From NCBI RefSeq assembly GCF_036588685.1, contig NC_086386.1, positions 57,846,001-57,910,000 on the forward strand: a DNA stretch of 64,000 nucleotides. The letters run 5' to 3'. This stretch comes from Mytilus trossulus. Lineage: Eukaryota. The position numbers and the translations under genes are program-made. The notes beneath the pieces were generated by a model, which had not been told where the DNA came from, made no database searches, and was given only the letters and a program-made list of their open reading frames with translations. The stretch's first letter is position 1; each line of letters opens with the position of its first letter. Below, in pieces: positions 1 to 12,223 of the stretch.

Positions 1-1676
1 ATTCTACGTTAGACCCATGTTGATCTTGGCATTCGGTCCCAATTCTTAAAATCCTTCATCGTGTATGTGTGGATTTAACATACTAGTACATAAATCTAAT
101 TAAAAAATATGACAACGATGAATGATGTTATTAAATTTGATATACGTCTTTTTGTGCTTCTTTTTCATATATTTGTTTGTTTTTTATTGTTATTTAGATC
201 TTGTGGTACTTGTACATCCTGTCATTATTTTACATTATATTCTCGTATTCTTGTCTTTCATTTATGCTGATGTGCTTTGTTACAAATATGATGTGGCTCT
301 GTACTTATACATTTCGTCATTGTGTTCTTGTTCTATGATAAATTTGTGTAATCTTGTCATAAACTTTTGTTAATTTGCTTGGTCGATATGCCATTATTTG
401 TTATTATGTGTTTGTAGTGATTAGGATTATAACACAATGTCGACTGCTGTATTACTGACATTTTTATCAATTTGTTTTGTTCACACATCGTTGGCAATAT
501 AAAGGAATTTGATGCGAAAGTGCCGTTCCAAGCCAGGAATATGACAGTTGTTATCCATTTATTTGGTGTGTATGATCTTTTAATTTTACCATTTGATTAG
601 GGACTTTCCATTTTGAAATTTCCTCGGTGTAGTATTTTTGTGATTTTAGTTTTGACGTGGCTTGCGACTTGTGTACCTGTAATTGCGTCATTGTTATAAG
701 GTATTTTTTTGTATTCTTATGTTTCTTATCTTTCGTTTTTGATATGTGATTTGTCTCACTGCCTGTCTTGTTTGTCTTTGGTGACATTTTACCTATGTTC
801 GTATCGATTAAAATAATAACATAATTTTGACTATTGTATACGCTTTTTTGACATTTTTACCTATTATAATTGTGTCTGTTTGATTTCTTCACACACACAT
901 GTGTCAATATAATGGAATTTGATGCAACTGTCATAAAAGTGGCGGGTTTTTCTCGCTGTGTTGAAGACCAAATGTTGACTACCGGTTTTGTTTTTTTGTT
1001 GGGTTGTTGTCTCTTTGACACATACCCAATGTCCACCCTTAATTTTACAAATTGCCTCGAGTTCCATATTTATGTATAAATACTTAACTCATCATGGTTA
1101 CCAAAATGATTTTTTTTAACTTAAACGGAAGTCTTGTCTGTATTGTTTTTATTTACTAAAGATTTTCTCAACCACGGCATGTACTACCTTAGCTATATTC
1201 AGCACAACCTTTTTGGAATTTAAATAAAATAAAACGAAACTAAAGAGCATTGTGGAACTGAAATTGCGATATAGTTTGCCAATTGTAGCTAAGCTTCTAC
1301 ATGACGTAATCTTTTTCTTGGGTGGAAAATTCTTAATATCTAGAGCAAGACTCGAATTCAATTTTGACCATTTTGATGAACACAAGATCAACCACGAAAA
1401 CAGAACGTCATTAACATGGTTAACTGATCGAAGGTTAAAAGGATTTTGATAAAACATTTTCAATGTTTCATGTGTTTTATAGTAAGCGTTGTATTGTTAA
1501 TCTACTTTAGACGAATTACTAAAAGACCAGTATATAATCAGTGCTCATATGAACATGAAAACAATGTGTCACCAAATTCAGCGAAAATGTTTATATTTCT
1601 GACAATCTATTCAGATAACACCTCATTATGTTTTCCTATAGTCATTTTAGAAAACCACTTTCAATGTTTATTGCAG

Positions 1677-4107
1677 ACAAGCCTAGGTTTGTAGCTGCTA
1701 CAGAAAATATACAGTACGGACGAATCGGTACTGAAATAAACATATGTGTCAGTGTTTATTGTTATCCAGAATTTAGAAGTGTAAATATTTTAACAAGTGA
1801 TTTTTGCTGCTTCAACGAAACAAAGTACCAGATAGTTACAGATTATAACATTACAGTTAGTTCATTCGATCAATCAGTTCGCATGAAAGGGTACAAGATA
1901 TCTCTTCAAGGGTTTACCCTTACAGAAACAGATTTTACAACATACAACTTTTCGATAGAAAATGAAATTGGAGATGAAACATTTAGTGTGAAACTTATGT
2001 CAAGAGGTATGTTACTTTCGGAAAAAAAGAAATATCTTACTAGAAAGTGAAAATAACTTGTAAATAGTTTAAGTGAAATGTTAATGTAAATACTCTGTAC
2101 AAGTTGTGATTTGAGGTAAAGATTTAAGCAATCGGTCATAATTTTTTTCATGTAATACACGAATAATGATGTTATAATGAGTCGCCCAAGTCGTTGATAT
2201 AATAAAACATCAACGAATCAATCTAATCACCTTTTAACACTTGTTATCGATATAACAGAAAAAAATCTATTCATTTACTAAACCAGCAATTAAATCGTAT
2301 ATGCAAGCTACTAAATAATAAAAGGGACATTCAGATGGACTTCATTCAGTTGGAATTCAATCTGCAGAGATAAATACATTTATTATATCGTTTGCAATGA
2401 TTTACATTAATTTCCTGGTGAAACAAAAACCAATAATTTCACAACGGCGTTGTCAAGACGTCGTTTAGGTCGGATCAAAACAAATTTTAAATGCGTAGAA
2501 AAAGATATAGTACCTTACATTTTCTACATTAATTTCATAAAGAAGACATTTGCCAATGTAATGAAAAATAACTAATCAAAGAATTCGCGCATTCCTGAAT
2601 TAGTGAGTTATTCAGTCACTCGTTGAATATTTTTCTCTCTTTGGATTCTTCGATATGTTATTCTATGAATTCCATCATGAATATCTAAATTGTGAAAATT
2701 GTTTCTGAATTAATGAAAGCATATGTTTCCCCTATCTAGTTTTCTTACGATAGCTTTGCGCACTCCGAAACATATAGCCAGTTTTGAAAATATTATTGCT
2801 CACTTTAATACTTTTAACAAGACATACTTATTTTATGAACTCTCGAATAATTATTCACGACGTTGTTAAGAAGATTTGATGTGATTGCAAATGGGACAAC
2901 TCTGGTGTGATTGCAAATGGGACAACTCTCTCCAAGAGACCACAATGACACAAAAATACAGTGATAATGGAATATGTAGACAGCTCTCCCACAAGCAAAA
3001 ACACCCTAACTGTAAAAACAAAAGGGCATAGACAACAGTCACGGGGACACATTCTACTAGTTAGCCGGCTTTTGCCTTATAGACATATTAAAGACATTTA
3101 ATTTTAGTATAATATATGGAATGTATGACTGACACAATAGAGTATAAATTAGAATCGAAATATTACCATTACGTTAGTTTACAGTGGATTCATTTATTTT
3201 CGTAGTTACCAATGTCTGTGAATTTCGAAAACTTGCATTCTGGTGAAGGTGTGATTTCTTGGTTTTACAAAAGTCTACATATTACATTTTAACAGAAAAT
3301 TTGTACCTTGATATTCGTAATTCCCAGGTAACCACGATATCCACGAAAATTTGTTTCCAATGAAAAAAAAAGAAATCCACAGTATGTTCTTTCTATTTAT
3401 GACTTATGTCATAAATACCGTGATAAATCTCTACAAATATGATTATTTAGATATACCTATTATACTTAACAGATTATGCAGACGTTAAGGTATTTTCATA
3501 TTTTCACTATTTTATTTTTTCACTTACAGATTCCTTATTAAAATGCCAATCTGGATATGAAGCTGGTTGGTTATTAATGGGCTGCGTTGTTGGTGGAATT
3601 ATAATTTGCAGCATTGCCTCCAATATTCATTGTCATCTGAAGCGAAAGACAAGGGTCAACGTTATGCTTCAAACCTATCCAGAAGAACATTATGACGAAA
3701 TAGGAACAATAAACTATAATCATGAAGTGTTTGAACCAACAACTGACGTTACACAAGAAAATAATAGCATGCACATAGTCACTGGAGACACTAGTATTCC
3801 GTTAGGGGGTCAATCAGAAAGATCCGAAGAAAGTTCGTTAGAAATGCTGACACGTTTCAGTCAATCTGGTGACGGTTATGAAAATCCTTATCATTCGATA
3901 AATCCTGAAAACATCGAAATGCATCCATATAGTAGCATCATGTCAAACATATACCAGAACACAATAATATTTCCGGTCAGAGCTGGAACGAAAAATATAA
4001 GAGAGTCAATTATTGCAGAGGAAACCAGCAAAAATCCTTGGCTTATTATTTACATAAAAAGCAGTAATGCTGAGTCGATTAATCGATATAAAAATATGAA
4101 CCAGTGA
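1677..4107 (+). CDS. Ig-like domain single-pass transmembrane receptor, 3' part (exons 1677-2006 and 3530-4107; 5' exons not seen in the window)
   Basis: Exon 1677-2006 is bounded by ttgcag/gtatgt in phase 1-1 and encodes DKPRFV...DFTTYNFSIENEIG, an Ig F/G-strand-like motif. It splices in frame at the ttacag acceptor to 3530, giving DSLLKCQSGYEAGWLLMGCVVGGIIICSIASNIHCHLKRK (TM plus basic stop-transfer) and a Tyr-motif-rich tail ending at TGA 4107. Confidence 0.75.
2881..2929. repeat. short direct repeat (gtgattgcaaatgggacaactct x2) inside an interspersed repeat fragment
   Basis: Two copies at 2881 and 2907. Confidence 0.7.
3180..3384. mobile_element. degenerate TA-flanked MITE
   Basis: Ends tacagtggatt ... 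aatccacagta form an inverted repeat with one mismatch, TA at both ends. Confidence 0.5.
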
Positions 4108-5394
4108 ATTTCATGAATTTAAGGAATATGCATGGGATTTATTCTCATGCTCATAAACTTTGCTCTGCTTTTTACATGTTTTATGTTGCCAACTAAGAAA
4201 GTTCGGAAAATTCCAAAGACACAATTGTAAGTCGAATAAAAAAAAAATGATCGATGATAAAGCCTGGGGAAGTTTCGTCCTCCCCTTATCATTAGCGCTA
4301 CTGTTTTTTTCAAAAAAAAGACCGATTCAGTTAAATTAACTGTTCGTAAAATGTCCAAATAATTTGAAACACTTTAGTGTAGACAAACATATGTACCTCT
4401 TTCTAGATAGTTCTGTAATTCGCTGGACATGTCTGTTTCAAATTGAATTAACGACAACATTTAGATTTTAATTGGAGTATCAAATAAACGATGTAACGTT
4501 ATCTTTTTAGTTTAACTAAACAAAGGATTTGACGCAATACGAGTGTGTGTATTTAAGGATTACTTTTATCAAGAAATATATGAAGATACAATATAATGCT
4601 AAAATATGCAATTGCAAATCACCGCATAAGACAAAAGCAAAGACAATAAAATTTTATTTATTTTTCTTATTTTGTCTCTTGTGAAGCGTTGTCTCATTGA
4701 CCATCTTATCTTCCTATCTTTATATGTAATTTGAATAATTAATTTCCATACTTAAACATAATAAACAATCAAGAATACAAGCAACTGACAACAATGGAAA
4801 AAAATAACCTAGCTTTAAATTGTTCTATATTCAGAGAAATTATATATATATATTTGTTTTGTCTCCAGCATATGTACAGTCAAGGTGTCATGAATATGAA
4901 TACATTTAAATAAACTTTAAACCTTATCATGTTTTGATCGTTTTAATGCCTAATTGACTGTTTTAGAACCTTGTTGGTTTCGCCGATTTTTATGTTTCTT
5001 TTTATATCCAATTTTGTACTTAAATCATTGAATAGTCATGCTTATACTAAACAATTTTCCAACAGTGCATATCGAAATTTGTCTTTCGCGTTCCAAATCA
5101 TCCGCAGTATGTGGATTTTGATTGAAGTGGACCCTAAACCTAAAAACTATTGTGTGTACATGATATCATTTACAAGTTTTGAAGTACTAAACAGAAATCG
5201 CTAATCATTTAGAAACGTTATTAAACAAATAAATGAATCCAATGGAGAAAACTTGTTTTATCGAAAATAATTAAGTAATTAATTTCAACCGCATTTTATT
5301 ATAACTTTGGCTGGAATACTAACAGACATAAAATATAATTTTATTGAAAAATAAAAAATATCTCATTTTGTTTTGAAAATTTGAATGAAATATT

Positions 5395-6345
5395 TTATCC
5401 CGTGCATAAAAACAATGCCGTATTTGTCAAAATTTTTCAACTTTTGATCTTCAGTGCTGTACAACTTTGTACCTTTTTCACGTTCGATCTTTTATATCTA
5501 GGCGTTATGTATTCAGGTTTAGTTTTCTGTAATTAGTTAATACTTTAGTTTCTTTGTGTATATCTCTTTCATATTCATTTGATAAAATTTACTGTTTGCA
5601 ATAGCATGAATTGTTCTATATAATAAGAATGTTCTTATCCCGGGCATAAAAACAATGCCGTATTTTGCGAAACCTTTTCAACTTTTGATCTATAGTGCTG
5701 TACAACTTTGTACTTTTTTCACTTTCGATCTTTTATATCTGGGCGTCACTGGTGAGTCTTGTGTGGGCAAGGCGCGTTTTTGGCGTATTGAATTTTTAAC
5801 CTGATGCTTTTTGTTATCTATTAATCATGTTTTTCTGTGTCTAATATGTTCTCCTATTTATTTGTATTGTAGTCCTGTAATATTATGTTATCATTTCAAT
5901 GTTATATTTAACTTAGCCATTAAAGTGCGAGGTTTGGCATGCCTTAAAACCAGGTTCAACCCACCACTTTTATTCCCCTTTAAAAGTGTCCTGTACCAAG
6001 TCAGGAAGATGGTTATTGTTATAATATTGTTCGTTTCTCTTTGTGTTGCATTTAAACGTTGAGTCGTTTGTGTTTTCTCTTATTTTTGAGATATTGAGAT
6101 AAGACGTGGCACGGTACTTGTCTATCCCAAATTCATGTATTTGGTTTTCATGTTACATTTGTTATTCTCGTGGTGTTTTGTCTGATGATTGGTCTGTTTC
6201 TGTGTGTGTTGCGTTTCGGTGTTGTGTCGTTGTTCTCCTCTTATATTTAATGCGTTTCGCTCGGTTTTGGTTTGTTACCCCGATTTTGTTTTTTGTCCAT
6301 GGATTTATGAGTTTTGAACAGCGGTATACTACTGTTGCCTTTATT
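5395..6345. repeat. interspersed repeat with an internal ~240-bp tandem duplication
   Basis: ttatcccg(t/g)gcataaaaacaatgccgtattt...tgctgtacaactttgtac occurs at 5395 and 5635. The ending (cagcggtatactactgttgcctttatt) recurs inverted near 15905. Confidence 0.6.
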
Positions 6346-7289
6346 CATTTTTTATATTCCTAAATTTGGAATATACATTTGTATTAACAGTTTTATGAAA
6401 TTATGTCTGTACAATAATTAAAAACACAGCAATAAAGCATGGTTGTCATTAATGATATCGAATCAGGTTTCGTCACATTGAATATTAACCGTACTATTTT
6501 AAACGACTGTATCATACTGTTCTATAATATCATTAGACTGTCTGTGATCAATGTTGAATCGTGTATTCTAATCAGTCAATTTATTGTCACAAACAATTTA
6601 GGAAATAAACAAAATACATATTGAAATTGCCGATAGATATAAAACTACTATCAAACTGTTCATAGTTCGGTCACAATGATCAAAATCCTTGTATTGTTGC
6701 GTGGTGCCTTTTGCATGTATAACCAACGTTTCGAAAAGATGTTTGGTGTCACAGTTTATTGCAATGCATGAAAAGAAATAGGCTTGTTATTTGAGTTGTA
6801 CGACATGTATCATGTTTTGCTGTGGTTAGAGCTGTTCCCTTGATTTTTGGCAGATTCTCATAGATAAGCTACTTTTGTGAGAGCTGAATCTGGAAGTGGA
6901 ACAAACTATGAATGATGACTATGATTTTAAACTGCATTGCTGCTGGACTACAGGCACCGGATCCACTGACACACTTATTAATTTGAAGATTGATTATTTT
7001 AAATCAAAAGTGATAAAAACAAAAAATATAGAAATACAAAGTATAATCAAAAAAGAAGTAAAACATTCTTTTTTAGTAAGAAAACTTTTAATAAAACTGT
7101 TACTTAATTTAATATTATTTACCTTTACTGTAAGAGCAACTGTTTCTGAATATTTCACCTTAAATCGTATTCATTTTAATATCGTGACCTATCTATAATT
7201 TTTCGAGTAAATATTCAAAGTATGTATAGATATTAATAGAAAAAAGTTACCTTTCTTAATTAAGAACATAAGAAATAGGAGAAAGACAT

Positions 7290-7570
7290 CAAAAGAACAT
7301 TCAAACTCCTGATCACAACTCGAAAATAAACGAAAAAAATGAAAAAGATCAAAAGATACTGAGCAGTACTCAAAACACAACATAAATAAACACCAAAAAA
7401 TGGGGCTCATCTTAGGAGCCCCAGAAGGGTAAGCAGATCCTGCTCCACATGTGGAATCCATCGTGTTGCTCATGTAAGTACACACTCTGTAATAGGTCTA
7501 ATTTGGTAGGTCACATAAGAATAAAGAGGACGGGATTGTAGTTACGACATTAGGAACATATCCGCATGTT
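7290..7570. repeat. high-copy interspersed repeat fragment (gaagggtaagcagatcctgctccacatgt family)
   Basis: The same core is at 35040-35090, with related parts at 39595-39790. Confidence 0.6.
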
Positions 7571-7944
7571 AACATAAAAGTTAAGAAGAAATTGTAACAC
7601 CTCGGATGTCAAACTCTGTTACATAACATTAGTCTTTTGTAGACGAAACGCAAGTCTGGCGTATATACAAAATTTCGTCCTGGTATCTATGATGACTTTA
7701 TTTATTACTTTATAAATGTAAACTCAAATAATACCGATGTTGTTATACAGTATTACTGTCAGAAAAAGGCACGGGATAACAGAGGACACTAGATATGTTA
7801 CAATTATCGTAACCGCAATCCGTTCATCATTTAATTTCTTCGGATGAAACTTACTGAATTGGCCTTTTTATTGAGTTTTAACTGACACAAGCAATACATC
7901 AGAGTCCATATGTGAAGCAAAAAATTGTATGGTGGACAAGAATA

Positions 7945-8161
7945 CTGTAAACCAACTTATTTTCGCGGGTACTTTATTTCGCGTTTTACCCTTTTTTACC
8001 ACTTCGCGGCTATTTAATTTCGCGATTTTCTGATTTACTTGATGAAGCTTAATAAGGAATGATCCAAGGTTTTCATATTCGCGACGATTTATATTCGCGT
8101 TATTTTTCTACTCGCGAAAGTCGCGAAAATAAATCGCTCGCGAAAATAAGTTGGTTTACAG
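7945..8161. mobile_element. Tc1/mariner-like MITE with TA target-site duplication
   Basis: Perfect TIR ctgtaaaccaacttattttcgcg / cgcgaaaataagttggtttacag, with TA at 7943-7944 and 8162-8163. Confidence 0.8.
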
Positions 8162-8715
8162 TATTACTTAAAGTGGCAACTTTGAAACCTGTGGTGCTCA
8201 CATTGGTCCGAATTCAATGTCTGGTTCAAAACTTTGCTGAAGAGAATTTCCGAGGATTACCAAAAAGGTTTCCTGTTTATATGAAAAAACTATGCAAAGT
8301 TGCATTTTTTAACTCTGATAACCAAACGAAATTCATCAACCGTTATCTTACCAGTGAAGGCAATGCCCATATCATCGTTGCAATTTCATACAGTAGAGTA
8401 CATGAAGCAGTTTAATCTTTATGTTTGCACTACTTACGACAGAGTGTCGACTGAGGTGTTGAGTTTGGACCCATGTTGTAGTACATTTGTAAGACTCATG
8501 CTAAAGATGGCGTTCATTGTGTTGTGCTAGGTGTATTAATTCTGAACTCGTTTGCGTTATAAAAAGAAAAATAAAAGCAACAACAGTATAACGCTATTTG
8601 AAAGTCATAAATCAATTGAGAGAAAAGATATCCACTAAAATTGATATACGTACGACGAGTTAATTTGTTCTGTCTTAAAAGACGTTTTCGCACTATGTTC
8701 AATTGGCATATTTAC

Positions 8716-9008
8716 CATTTGGTTTTGCTATTTTCCTTATAACAATCGTATTCTCCGACGGTCTAGTATATGGAAAACAACAGCTGTAGATATGGCAGTC
8801 TTGTGTTGGTGTGTTATAGGTTGAGATGCAACATTCATCATCATTGCTACACAAACACGCGCATGCAATTGGAGAATCTACTGTATCCCTCCATATCACT
8901 GGTTCTACTGAAAAGAAATCCCGTAAACGTCCAGGTTTTAGGTTCCGACATACCACAGCATATTGAAAGGAGCGAAATAACCAAGAAAATTATATTTTCT
9001 TTTTTCAT
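8716..9008 (-). pseudogene. frameshifted first exon of a secreted PAN/Apple-like domain protein
   Basis: The signal peptide MKKENIIFLVISLLSICCG is in one frame and SPIACACLCSNDDECCISTYNTPTQDCHIY (PAN-like CxxxCxxxxxC...C pattern) is in another. Removing one base from the A4 run at 8911-8914 joins them. Phase-1 donor G|GTAAA at 8716/8715. No downstream exons recognised. Confidence 0.55.
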
Positions 9009-9480
9009 TTTTAGTACTGTCATAAAGCAACTGGTAAAGAATGAAACCCAGCAATCTATGTATCTATATTTGAACAAGTATATACTTTAAATGATAGCAA
9101 TAATTATAAAGTGGTATGAAGCGGAAAATTTGACTCGGTCTGCGTTATTGAAATGCTAGTCTTCAAAGCGTCATATAAAATTTTGAACTTTTTGTTCTCA
9201 ACAGCTAATGAAATTTATGAAAACAGAACTAATCAAAAAGCGGATTATCTTATATATATATATATATCTTAATTAGCCTCCCGTAGGAGAGATATTTATA
9301 CGAATACAATATTTTATAAAAGACACAATATAAACTGATAAATAGAGTTTGAACAGATAATCACTCACAAAAAAAATAATTAATTTAAACTTATATCATA
9401 TGAACCACTTGATTAGGGACTTTCCCTTTTTAATTTTCCTCGTAGTTCAGTATTTTGTAATTTTACTTTTCACATTGTTG

Positions 9481-10399
9481 ATAGACCTTTTCAACATCTC
9501 TCGACACCTACAGTTGAGAACGACTACGACAGGTAAAATGTGAAGGGTCGTCTCAAAAATAAAAAAAAATGAGATCAATATTGATTTTATTACTTTCATT
9601 GACAATGATAAAACTTTCCTATATACAGAGTCCAGATGACATGGTTTTTTTTAACTTATCATATAGAAAATGGTGGACTTTAAGTCACATTTCATCTTTA
9701 AGACGTTTAGCTTTTAGCTGTCCTGGTTGAATTTTGAAAATGAAAAGAACAAATCATGCTTTATTGTAGTTGATATTTAATTAAACAATGATTTTATCGG
9801 TTGACAAGGGCGGCCCATGTCTGTTAGTTTTGGCCTTAGATGTCTCCATAATGTACCCAATACTTTGTATCATTTCAAATCACCAATTTGGTGTTCTACT
9901 TGAATTTTGTATTCACCAATCACTGCTCAAACGTTGTAACATTGAAACAAGGGGTCAATTAGATTTTTTTTTCAAAATTCATCAAGGAAAACTTTAACTA
10001 GAACAAGATATCTTGAAGCGGAAAAGACCGTCGTTGATTTTCTCGATTTCTCGATTTCCCGAAATTATCTATTTCCCAATTTCGCGATTTAACTTTTTCT
10101 CAATTTCTCAATTTTTCGATTTCTATAATTCCCAATTTCGCGTTTGCAAAGTGAAAGGAGAAGTCACGAAAACGCGAAAAAGGCGAAATAAATGTCTGCA
10201 TCCGGCCAACATACATATATTTATTTATTTGGTTGATATATATTCTTAAGCTATATAGGCAATACAGTATAAAACCGTCAATCCAATATGTTACGTAATG
10301 ATAATCATGATGTTTTTTTTTGTTTGAGACGACCCATCCATTTTACCTGTAAACTGTAGGTGTCATTACTCGGTGTCGAGATATGTTGAAAAGGTCTAT
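9481..10399. mobile_element. non-autonomous DNA transposon with long TIRs
   Basis: atagaccttttcaacatctctcgacacc at 9481 matches ggtgtcgagatatgttgaaaaggtctat ending at 10399. An inner inverted match caggtaaaatg..gggtcgtctcaaa / tttgagacgaccc..cattttacctg is also present. Confidence 0.75.
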
Positions 10400-11552
10400 T
10401 ACCAATGTTATTTCAACTGATCGGGTGGAGCTAGGTTTTAATTTGCATAAGGACAGTCTATTTGAAGATGTGTGTGATAAGGATGATTGCCGTTATAATT
10501 ATTACTGATTTCTAATCACCTATCAGTGTCATCAAAGGAATTTACCAAAGAATTACTGGACACTTCATTGATGAGTTTATCCTAACACACCTGTCTATAG
10601 ATGGACTGGTTTATTATGAGCGAACCGGTTAAACTCCGCCCAGTCAAGTGAAATAAATCGAGTAATAAATAAGAATAAGAAAATGTTTGGAAAAATTTGT
10701 AAACGTATGTGACGCATAGAAATTGAACACATTTTGTCTGCTAACTGTCTAGTTCAAATCGGTTTCGCATGCCAGTAAAATAAAACCGACACCTAAATGA
10801 GTTGAGGAACCACGAAAAGCATATAAAGTTATTGGGTTTATGCGTAGTAACTTGCACCAGAATGCATCCCGAATGTCAGAGAAGTAGTCACACGATGAAA
10901 TTGCGTGAATACACATTGATATTGAAGGAACTCTCATGAATTATTACGATCCCATTTCAAAACAAGTAAAATAAAAACTTTCAAACTTAACGCATTACTG
11001 GCCTTTTTTCAAATCAACGCCTTTCCATTATGGAACCTTATAGTTGTAATTTTCTAAATATGTTAGGTATATAGTAATGTCATCTTAATGTACGATACAT
11101 GTTAATAAGCTATCAAAATTCAGAAAGAAAAAAAAATATATCTTATAATCAATATAACTAATTTTAAAAAGGCGTTGATAATTATCATTAATATGATGAA
11201 GTTGTGTGTAATGTCGTAAGGGTTCATCCATCTTGTTCATATAAATTGCTCATTATACAAACTTTTTCACTGGAAAAATGTAATGTAGAAAATTTTAAGT
11301 AAAACATGCCTGCACATTTTATCTTGGTTTTGTTAATGAGTGGAAGCATGAATGATATAATTTCGGTTATACGTAAAGGAGAAAGCAACCTAACGACACA
11401 AATAATCAATAGAAATCTAGAAGTCAACGTAATTTGATCTAAAATTCTTTAAATGTAAACGGTTTAAAGGATCGCCAAAAAAATATTCTATGTTGATATC
11501 AACCTAAACTCAAAGACCTATCTTTAACACCAGATTCTCAACAACAACAAAA

Positions 11553-12223
11553 AACTAGAAGCTCTTAAGAGCATATGTCGCTCACCTAGGTCTATGTGCA
11601 TATAAAACAAAGGACACATATGGATTGATGACAAAATTGTGGTTTGGTCATGGTGATGTGTTTGTTAGTCTTACTTAACTAAACATTATTGCTTCTTACA
11701 ATTATCTCAATTTACAATGAACTTGGCCCATTAGATACAGAGGAAACTATTTTGTTTAAATTTACAAAACTTAACAAAATTTATGAAAATTATCCAAAAT
11801 TGACTATAAAGGGGAATAACTACTTAAGGGATCAACTGACCATTTTGGTCATTTGACTTATTTGTGGCTCTTTCTTTGGTGAACAGTATTGCTGTTTCCA
11901 TTTATCTTTATCTATAATAATATTCAAGATAATAGCCCAAAAAACGGAAAAATTCCTTAAAATTGGCAATTCAAGGGCAGCAACCCAACGATTCGTCTGA
12001 AAATTTCAGGGCAGATAGATCTTGGCCTTTTAAACATTTTATTCCATGTCAGGTTTGCTCTAAATGCTTTGGTTTTAGAGTTATAAGCCAAAATCTACAT
12101 TTTACCCCAATGTTCTAGTTTTAGTCATTGCGGACATTTTGGTTGATTTGCCGGGTCACGCCACACATTTTTAAACTAGGTACCCCAATGATGAGTGTTG
12201 CAAAGTTATGTTAAATATGGCCG
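11553..12223 (+). mobile_element. truncated Helentron-associated (HINE/pearl-like) element, same family as 44400-46210
   Basis: Shares the actag..tgtcgctcacc 5' end and one ~500-bp internal unit with the element at 44400. Confidence 0.7.

Noticed and set aside
122-1463. Hydrophobic short ORFs at the window start
   Set aside because: They are T-rich intronic or repeat sequence with no consistent exon boundaries.
8059-8530. 118-aa and 76-aa plus-strand ORFs
   Set aside because: The longer ORF begins inside a MITE, and I recognise no domain or splice structure in either.
10840-10970. Short coding-looking stretch (IDIEGTLMNYYDPISKQV)
   Set aside because: It is flanked by stops, has no convincing splice sites and matches no family I recognise.
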